A stretch of 27,961 bases of DNA. Origin: Octopus sinensis (Eukaryota). Below the pieces are notes generated by a model. It ran no database searches. It was not told the origin of the DNA and saw only the letters and a program-made list of their open reading frames with translations. The stretch lies in NCBI RefSeq assembly GCF_006345805.1, contig NW_021827582.1, positions 1 to 27,961 of the forward strand. The letters run 5' to 3'. The position numbers and the translations under genes are program-made. Shown one piece after another: positions 19,479-27,961 of the stretch; the stretch's first letter is position 1, and each line of letters starts with the position of its first letter.

Positions 19479-22400
19479 CAACTCATAATGGATATGCAAC
19501 AGTTAGCGTGAACGTAGCTGTTCCCTTCTAATAAACTTCGAGAGATGACCGCGTTTTTGCCAGCCGGATCGAGCACACAAAAAAGTAATGATAATAAACA
19601 GATGTCTGTAAGGTACATTGAAACTGGCGGATTATTATATTTATCGGACGATGACAACAAATATTTACGTTTTCTTCGGTCAAATTCAGTACGAAGGAGC
19701 AGACATCTGTTGGAGCACGTGAGACTAACGGTTTTACTATACTTCTGGGACAAGGATAGCGGCAAGTGGATCGAATGCAGATGGGGGCACACACAGAAGA
19801 ACTGTCTTGGCGAAACATCCCAGTTCAGTGGTAAGAGTGTTCGAAATTGGAGTGGGAAGCTGGAAAGAGTGATGAATGTGCAGACACATCTGTGAAATGA
19901 AGGTGGTCAGAGTAACATCCGACGGGTGCGGCCAGTTTCGTGGCCACAATTCCTTGCTTAATAGCCAAGTGTATCGAGTTTATTAGGGGACGGAGTCCGT
20001 TTCAGTAATTGAAGCGTGCGAGTGTAGCAAAGGTTCAGAGTCGTCATCAATCGCTCGTCAAATAACGGCCTCTCATAGGAAGATCCTCCCTCTCTATCTC
20101 TATTCGTTGCCCAACAGTTCGCCGACGGACACCTTCTGTGTATGTCCGTCTCTTATTCTACCTGCTAGCTGTTGATACGTCCAAATACGGAAAATAAACG
20201 TCTGGTGGCGAGCGGGGAGACCGCGTGAATTACCGCATCCAGTGGCCGCCAGTACATCGGCATCTTCAACCCTCTCCGGCTAATTGCGGAGACACAGACG
20301 TGGCTTGTGTATTCGTGTGTCCTGCAAACCACTTGAACAGCGGTCAACCACTGATAACGTCCACTTGGTCGTCCGACGAAATTGTTAACCACCAAACTCG
20401 TGGTCAGCCTTTCCTTCGTATAAATTGAGTCGAAAATGATTGCTTGCATACCACAAAGACCCACAGTTTGAAGTGACGAACAGCAAGCATACTGCCATCT
20501 GTTGGATCTCAACTGGCAAACAACAGGGCTATGAAGATTTTGCTGCGCTTCTCCCCATTGCACCGCACAACACCGCATTACACCAAGCTACATCGAGATC
20601 AACAAGCTAAATCACGCAACAGGGGAAGTCAGAGGGCGGGAAATACTTTCGTCGTTCGTATAAATGAAACCGAAATTCACGCGGTTGACTGCAAATTCGT
20701 GACTAAAATGATGTCTGCATACGACTGCATTTACTGTTTGGGTGTGATGTACTTAGTAGAGCAGCTATCCACTTTGGTCCATACTAAGTGTTGCGATGTT
20801 GCCGGGTGCACCGATTTTAGTTTTATCCGACGACATGACTTCTACATTTTGCGCTGCTCACTAAAGTTATTGCCAAGGACCCAGATTCCGTCTGTCACGC
20901 GATGACGAACTCTGCTCCTTTCACGCACGTTTCCAAATTGGTACATAACGACATTGATTCCGTTATGGAACATGCTCAACACAAACGGGAAAGGGGCAAA
21001 GTAGAAGAGCCCCGTGTGAGGATTTGTCAAGCTGCTTTCCATAGAGACGATCTCACATACATTTCTGTCACCTGCCACCAACCCCAATGAAAGGACACTT
21101 ACAATCTTTATTAGAAGAATCTCATGCTTTTGCATTTGTCTCTGAGGTTTTCTTACTGTTGGGGGTCAGGCGAAAATGGCAACAAACCCAGATATGTCGA
21201 CGGCATGAATTATACATGGACATACACATATGATCTGGCTACTCGTGAACCAGACCCAAGCTTTGGGTACGCGGTGGAAAACGTACATGACTGCCCAGAT
21301 TTCATCTGAACATTGCATTATCCGGCATGTGCAACGGTGTGCAGGACAGTTTGTCTTTATTTATTTCTTGATTGATTTGTATCTGTCCAGGAACGAAGGA
21401 CGATGTTAATTGCCAGAGTGTGAGTCAGTGTAAGTGTTCAAGTACTCGTCGGTCACTCAGCAAAACCTCTGTCTCGACGAAATTCCTGGTCAGTGCTGAG
21501 AAAGAGAAGACAAAATTGACGGAAGATCGTTACAAGTGCTAAACCACACTGCATCGCTCTAAACTGTGTAACATCGTGCTACACGGCGCTGCACCACACC
21601 CCGAATGGCAGATCGTTTCTTATACAAAAAGAGAATCATTAAATGGCAGTGGAATGGCTTCTCTAGAAAGCACGTTCCAGCAAACAGCATTTCGAGTCGT
21701 GTGTAAGAGATCGCTTTTGTCTCGTTCTTTTCGAATGAGAGGGAAATAAAGAAATATTATCACCCAAGATGGTAAAGCTGTTTTTATATTTAGTGAGGAT
21801 GAGAGAGAAATACGTTTAAACAGAGGAAACAGGGATTCAAGGTTTTGACAAATATAACAATTATTAAGGACCATCTGGATGCTGTACAAAGTAACTCGTC
21901 TACAAAGAAACGGTGGATGTCAATACTCTGAAATTATTGAAATAACTCAAGAAGTTATCTACTTAAACAAGAAAATATTAAATGAAATCTCGGCAGGAAC
22001 AAAAGGTTTATGTTTTCTGGGGTGAAGCTACACAAGATTCTGTGAATATATGTCATTCATCTGATAATGTAATCAAAGAATGTTTAATGGAAGTGTGTGA
22101 TGTAGAACGTGCAATCGGCTGAGGGACAGAGGAAATGATCTTACTTTTATAGGAAGACAGGACTAACCGATAAAAAACAAGCTGTCACTTCTAAGATGGC
22201 GTTGCTAAAATGAATGGAGTTATTGAGGAGTTTCAGTTTCGAATTCTCCTTTCTACAATGTAAAATATTTGTATGTTCACTGACATTCACTCAACTCTCT
22301 GGCAGAAAATCCAGCTGCATCATATTGAATCACGAGGGTTTGGTAAATCTCGCCGCAATACAGCCAGGTCCCGTCTGACTTTTCTGGATTCCCTGGTAAA

Positions 22401-22667
22401 CGAAATATACAGGGAAACTAGAGACCCCCAGCTCAGTATGACCCCCTTCTGTAAATATCTGTCTATATAATTCTTATTCAGCAGAATGTAGGAGGGTCGA
22501 CTCAAACGCAATGACAAAGTGAATCTTGCTCTTCACACCGAGCAAGAAGATGACTCTAAATAATTTGATAAACTCGGCCCTCTCCTCCTAGGAAGGTCTG
22601 TTAGGCTAATCTTTTCAATCCCTTCCGCTTCATTGAACTATTTCCTAATTTCTACCATAAGCACGTG

Positions 22668-22904
22668 GAGGGGCATAATCGATTATATCGACACTGGAAT
22701 GCGACCGAGGCGTTATTTTATGATCTGCAGATGGATGAAAGATGAAACAAACTTGAGCAGGTTTAAATTTAAAATATTATGTCAACACCGAAAAGATGAA
22801 AGCTGGAGATGACCTCGGCAGAATTTGAACTCAGAAAGTACAGACGGATTAAATGCTGTTCAGCATTTTGTCCGGCGTGTTAACGACTCTGCCAGTTCAC
22901 CGCC
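22668..22904 (-). mobile_element. Diverged SINE, same family as 2345-2740
   Basis: atcgattatatcgac...gacctcggcagaatttgaactcagaa...gactctgccagttcaccgcc. Confidence 0.75.
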
Positions 22905-22981
22905 TTTCTGAGGTAATTAATTTTGTTAAATGTTTTCGCATTGTAAAAAAAAATCTCGTTAGCGAGTTTGGTTGGCGCAAA

Positions 22982-24614
22982 ATGAAAGAAGGAAACCAAC
23001 ACACAAGCAAAGAAAGAAAGAAGAAAGAAGAAAGAAAGGAAGGAAGACTGAAAGAAAGGAAGAAAGAATGAGAGAAGGAAAGAAGGAAAGGAAGAAAGAA
23101 AGAAAGAAAGACAGAAAGAAAGAAAAAAAGAAAGAGAGGAAGAAAGAAAGAAAGAAAGACAGAAAGAAAGAAAGAAAGGAAGGAAGAAAGAAAGAAAGAA
23201 TGGAGGAAAGAGAGGAAGAAAGAAAGAAAGAAAGAAAGAAAGACTGAAAGAAAGGAAGAAAGAATGACAGAAGGAAAGAAGGAAAGGAAGAAAGAAAGAA
23301 AGAAAGAAGACAGAAAGAAAGAAAAAAAGAAAGAGAGGAAGAAAGAAAGAAAGAAGAAGAAAGAAAGAAAGAAAGAAAGGAAGAAAGAAAGAAAGAATGG
23401 AGGAAAGAGAGGAAGAAAGAAAGAAAGAAAGAAAGACTGAAAGAAAGGAAGAAAGAATGACAGAAGGAAAGAAGGAAAGGAAGAAAGAAAGAAAGAAAGA
23501 CAGAAAGAAAGAAAAAAGAAAGAGAGGAAGAAAGAAAGAAAGAAAGACAGAAAGAAAAAAGAAAGAAAGAAAGAAAGAAAGAAAGAAACAAACAAACAAA
23601 GAAAAAAGAAAGAAAGAATGAAAGAAAGAAAGACAAAAAAGAAAGAAAGAAAGAAAGAAAGAAAGACTGAAAGGAAGAAAGACAGAAAGAAAGAAAAGAA
23701 GAAAGACAGAAAGAAAGGAAGAAAGAAAGGAAGGAAGAAAAAAGAAAGAAAGACAGAAAGAACGAAAGAAAGAAAGAAAGAAAGACTGAAAGGAAGAAAG
23801 AGAGAAAGAAAGAAAGGAAGAAAGACAGAAAGAAAGAAAGAAAGAAAGAAAGAAAAGACTGAAAGGAAGAAAGACAGAAAGTAAAGAAGAAAGAAGAAAG
23901 AAGAGAAAAAGAAAGAAAGACAGAAAGAAAGAAAGAAAGACAGAAAGAAGGAAAGAAAGAAAGAAAGACTGAAAGGAAGAAATACAGAAAGAAAGGAAGA
24001 AAGAAAGAAAGGAAGAAAAAAAGAAAGAAAGACAGACAGAAAGAAAGACTGGAAGGAAGAAAGACAGAAAGAAAGAAAGAACAGAAAGAAAGAAAGAAAG
24101 GAAGAAAGAAAAAAGAAAGACTGAAACAAAGATAGAAAGAAAGACAGAATGAAAGAAAGAAATGGAGAAGAAAGAAAGAGAGAAAGAGGGAAAGAAATAA
24201 AGGAAGAAAGAAAGGGGGAAAGAAAGGTGGAAAAAAGAAATAAAGAAAGAAAGAAAGAAAGAAAGAGGGAAGGAAAGCAAGGAAGAAAGAAAGATAGGAA
24301 GAAAGAAAGAAGAAAGTGAGAAAGAAATAAATTAAGATAGAAAGAAAGGTGTAAAGGAAGAAAGAATGAAAGAAAGAAAGAAAAAGAAAGAAGGAAAGGA
24401 AGAAAGACAGAATGAAAGAAAGAAAGAAAGGAAGAAAGAAATAAATAAAAAATGGAGAAATAAGAGGTAAAGAAGAAAGAGAGAAGAGGTAATGAAAGGA
24501 AGGAAGAAGAAAGAGAGAAATAATAACAAAGACATAATAAAGAAAGAAATTATAAATAAAGGTGAAAAATAAATAAAGAAAAAAGAAGGAAAGAAGAGAA
24601 ATAAGCATAAGGGA

Positions 24615-24645
<31 letters not shown>

Positions 24646-25240
24646 TAAAGAAATAGAGACAAAGAAAGAGAGAAAGAAATGAATAAAGAAGAAAAAGAAA
24701 TAAATAAATGAAGAAGAAATGAAAGGTGAAAGAAAAAATGAGAAAGAAGAAAGAAAAAACAAGGAAAGTAAATAGACAGATAAGAAAAAGGAAGTAAACT
24801 AAGAAAGATTAAATAATAAATAAGAAAGAAAGAAAGAAAGACTAATTAAAAATTGAGAAATAAGCAAAGAAAGAAAGGAAGAAAGAATAAAGAAATAAAG
24901 GATAAGAAATATGAAGAAAGAAAGAATAAAGTTATAAATAAAAACAGAGAGAAATAAAAAAAACAAAGAAGGAAAGAAAGAATACAGATTAATAAACAAA
25001 AGGAATTAATAAAGATATAAAATACAGATAAATAAAGAAAAAAATAATAGAGAGGAAAGAAATTAAGAAATATATAAAGGAGAAAGAAAGAATTATAAAG
25101 AAATAAAGGAGGAAGGAAGAAAGAAGGGATAAATAAAGAAAGAAAGATTCCAATATGAAAAAAATAAATTAAAAATAAGAATAATAGATAACACATAAGG
25201 AAGAAAGAAAGAAAGAAAGAAAATAAGGAAGAAAAAAGAA
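22982..25240 (+). repeat. (GAAA/GGAA)n-derived polypurine low-complexity tract
   Basis: Almost pure A/G on the + strand. Becomes more T-interrupted toward the 3' side. Confidence 0.97.
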
Positions 25241-25261
25241 AGAAAGTTGAAGTGATTCTGC

Positions 25262-25977
25262 AATGGAGGGTGAGATGAGAGAGGGAGAAGGAGGAAGAAG
25301 GAGAGGAAGAGAGAAAGAGCGAAATAGAAGAAAACGTTTTAAGTAGAGAGGGAAAGTATGAGTTGAGAGACGAAGAGAAAAAGGCGAAGTGTTAATATAT
25401 AGAGGGGGGAGAGAGAGAGAGAAAGGAGAAGGAGAGAGAAAACATGAGGAAGAACTAGATGGGGAGAGAGAGAGAGAGAGAGAGAATCAGATATTCACAG
25501 AGACATACAGACAAAGGGAGAGAGAGAGAAAGGGATGTGAGAGAGAGAAATGAAGGTGGCAGAGAGGGGGAGAGGGAGAGAGAGAGAAAGAAAGAGAGAG
25601 AGAAAGTGAGAGAGAGAAATAGAAGTCAGAAAGGGAGTGAAATATAAGATTTGCATAAAAGGGAAAGTATGAGGCAAGAGTGAAAGTAAAAGAGGAGGAG
25701 TGATAGGATATTAAGTAAAGCAGTGAAAGAGAGAGAGAGAGAGAGACATAGAGAGAGAGAGGGGGAGAGAGACTGATATATATATGTTTGGTGAGTGAGG
25801 GGGAGGATGAGGTGAGCGATATTGCAAGGGAGGCGGAGTGGTAAAAATAAATAAATAATGAGTTACTGAGAGGAAGGAGAGAAAGAGGGAGAAGTGAGAG
25901 ATAGAAAAGGTGAAAGAGAGGGAGAGTGAGAACAAGTGAGAGGAAGCATATAATGAGGGGGGAGGGAGGGACAGATA

Positions 25978-26008
<31 letters not shown>

Positions 26009-26200
26009 AATTGATGGCGAACGAATAAATATATTAATAGAGGAAGAGTAAGAGGTAATAAAGAAAGTAAAAGGGGCGGAGTCTTATTGGATTATATAAT
26101 GAGGTGGGAGTGTTAGAGAGAGAGAAAGGGCGTTGTCTTAAGCGAGGGAGAGTGAGAGGTGAGGAATATTGGAGTGGGAGGAAACAAGACAGACGAACCA
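25262..26200 (+). repeat. (GA)n-rich low-complexity tract
   Basis: Multiple (GA)n runs, for example about 25983-26008, in a purine-rich background. Confidence 0.9.
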
Positions 26201-26384
26201 AGGGTAGTAACTCTTCTTGCATCCCTTTTTGCTTTCAACTGTATTACTTTCCGTTGTGTTAAATAAAATCTGTTTTACTGCGCAGACTCTGAAGATATCC
26301 AATTAGAATTCAATGTAAATAAGAGATCGAACTATTTAGAAAACATTATCAATAAATATCGAACACTTCTACACATAACATATA

Positions 26385-26762
26385 GGCGCAGGAGTGGCTG
26401 TGTGGTAAGTAGCTTGCTAACCAACCACACGGTTGCGGGTTCAGTCCCACTGCGTGGCATCTTGGGCAAGTGTCTTCTGCTATAGCCCCGGGCCGACCAA
26501 AGCCTTGTGAGTGGATTTGGTAGACGGAAACTGAAAGAAGCCTGTCGTATATATGTATATATGTTATATGTGTGTGTGTTTGTGTGTCTGTGTTTGTCCC
26601 CCTAGCATTGCTTGACAACCGATGCTGGTGTATTTAGGTCCCCGTCACTTAGCGGTTCGGCAAAAAGAGACCGATAGAATAAGTACTAAAAGGTGGTGCT
26701 CCAGCATGGCCGCAGTCAAATGACTGAAACAAGTAAAAGAGTAAAAGAGAGAGTAAAGAGTA
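26385..26762 (+). mobile_element. SINE, same family as 18737-19137, with internal deletion
   Basis: Near-identical to 18737-19137 but lacks about 42 bp (gggcttacaaaagaataagtcccggggtcgagttgctcgatt). Confidence 0.9.
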
Positions 26763-27479
26763 TAACTGATTCGTTTGACTTTTGACATTTAGAATTTCGC
26801 CCTTTTACACTTCCGGTTCTTACTCTTTAATTCCCTCTTTTCTGCAATCTGCACAAGACCTCTGGAACTGCTAGATATCACAGCCAAAGCTCACATAAGG
26901 AATGGTAAACTATCAAGCTTCATTATTATTTTATAGACGCTACATCAAATATCCTTTTTTATATGAAACAAAATCGCTGATCCGATGTCCCTTGGTTGAC
27001 GTTTCTCGAAGGATGCGAGACATTATAGAAGTGAGTTTCTTTTATAAATTCATCGTAACTGCCTTTCATTTATATAAAAAATGAAGGATTAGACTCTGAG
27101 GATATGAAGTCCCTTGTTTTGTGTTTGGGGCTGACTACAAACCCCTCTTAAAGTGCCTTTCATTTTCTATCAAAGCAACGCATATCTTCGTGTACTTGGT
27201 GGTTATTTCTAGCGTGATGGGAAATTATTTATAGGACAATTCTTTTTATAAATGTTTCATAAATTTTCAATCACTGATTGAACTATTTAATTACTTCAAT
27301 TATGAATTACACATTAATTATGTAATTAATCATTAGTTACATGATTTATTTGTTTCTACTCAACAGAAACTAGAGACAAAAAAATTAAGGCAAAGTTGAA
27401 AATATAATTTATTAGAAAGAAAGTAGCGTCTCAGAAATAAAAATAAAGAAGCCTATTACTTATTCTATCATTCTTCTTT

Positions 27480-27705
27480 GCGGACCGCTATAAATGGAGA
27501 CGTAAACACTCCAACATCGTTGTCAAGCGATGGTGGTTGCACAAGCACTGCACACACAGACAATACATATACGACGGGCTTCTTTCAGTTTCCGTCTACC
27601 AAATCCGCTCAAAAAGCTTTATTCGGACCGAGTAGAAGACACTTTCCTGCGCTGGCCATGCTGAAACCGGAACCATGTGATTGGTTATAGCTACTTGCCA
27701 CACAT
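27480..27705 (-). mobile_element. Diverged SINE of the 18737/26385 family, opposite orientation
   Basis: tatacgacgggcttctttcagtttccgtctaccaaatcc...agaagacactt...gaaccatgtg.ttgg is the reverse complement of the family core. Confidence 0.8.
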
Positions 27706-27721
27706 CCAACATATACATATG

Positions 27722-27905
27722 AACGCGTGTGTACCGTTGGCGTTGTTTTTCCTCTGTCTTCCTTCTCTGGATCTTTCCTTCTCCATGTTTCCTACGAAGA
27801 GCTCCGCTCGAAACGTTAAACCCTCCTTCTTCCTTCTTTCCTGAGCGTCCAATAATACTATATTTGTTCCACGTCCTCGCGTTGTGATTTTTGTGCTTTC
27901 ATGAT
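27722..27905 (+). mobile_element. Probable Penelope-like element terminal-repeat fragment carrying a degenerate minimal hammerhead motif
   Basis: cctacgaagagctccgctcgaaacgt (27791-27816) resembles the CTGANGAA-stem-GAAACGT hammerhead form of Penelope-like elements. Confidence 0.5.
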
Positions 27906-27911
27906 TGGATA

Positions 27912-27914
<3 letters not shown>

Positions 27915-27961
<47 letters not shown>
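27915..27961. repeat. (TA)n microsatellite running off the window
   Basis: Read directly from the sequence. Confidence 0.98.

Noticed and set aside
21124-21309. YCWGSGENG resembling an RCC1 repeat start
   Set aside because: It lacks the following QLG and any further RCC1 repeats. It is treated only as part of the unexplained module.
22273-22517. Overlapping 65-aa ORFs on both strands with protein-like composition
   Set aside because: No recognisable motif, splice context or repeat partner. This cannot be supported without a database search.
22880-24662. Three overlapping 410-567 aa minus-strand ORFs rich in F/L/S, plus K/E/R-rich plus-strand ORFs
   Set aside because: They are translations of a (TTTC)n/(GAAA)n tract that cannot contain stop codons in several frames. 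There is no protein signal.
1-27961. CRISPR arrays, tRNA/rRNA genes or prokaryotic operon structure
   Set aside because: None seen. The tRNA-like A/B boxes all belong to SINE heads, and the window is spliced eukaryotic DNA.

Overview
This is AT-rich, repeat-dense eukaryotic genomic DNA. The SINE and LINE families resemble those I recall from octopus genomes, so a cephalopod origin is inferred but not verified. The only host coding signal is the 3' end of a spliced + strand gene encoding a C-terminal death domain. It has four GT-AG exons joined by phase-1 introns: 4366-4416, 8473-8523, 10313-10384 and 14514-14719 (stop). The upstream exons are not in the window. The most striking structure is a near-perfect inverted duplication of at least 3.66 kb (1-3664 versus 5537-9225, running off the left edge). 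It puts one 51-nt exon in the loop and a second 51-nt exon in the stem. The stem exon encodes a DKETQT LC8/dynein-light-chain-type motif. The rest is mostly transposon debris: a full-length dead mariner, a Sola2-like transposase remnant with a related MITE, a Helitron helicase remnant, HERO/R2-like and RTE LINE remnants, several SINE families and a Penelope-like end with a degenerate hammerhead motif. There is also a ~3 kb polypurine tract and an unexplained CpG-rich multi-copy module. All alignments and translations were done by eye.
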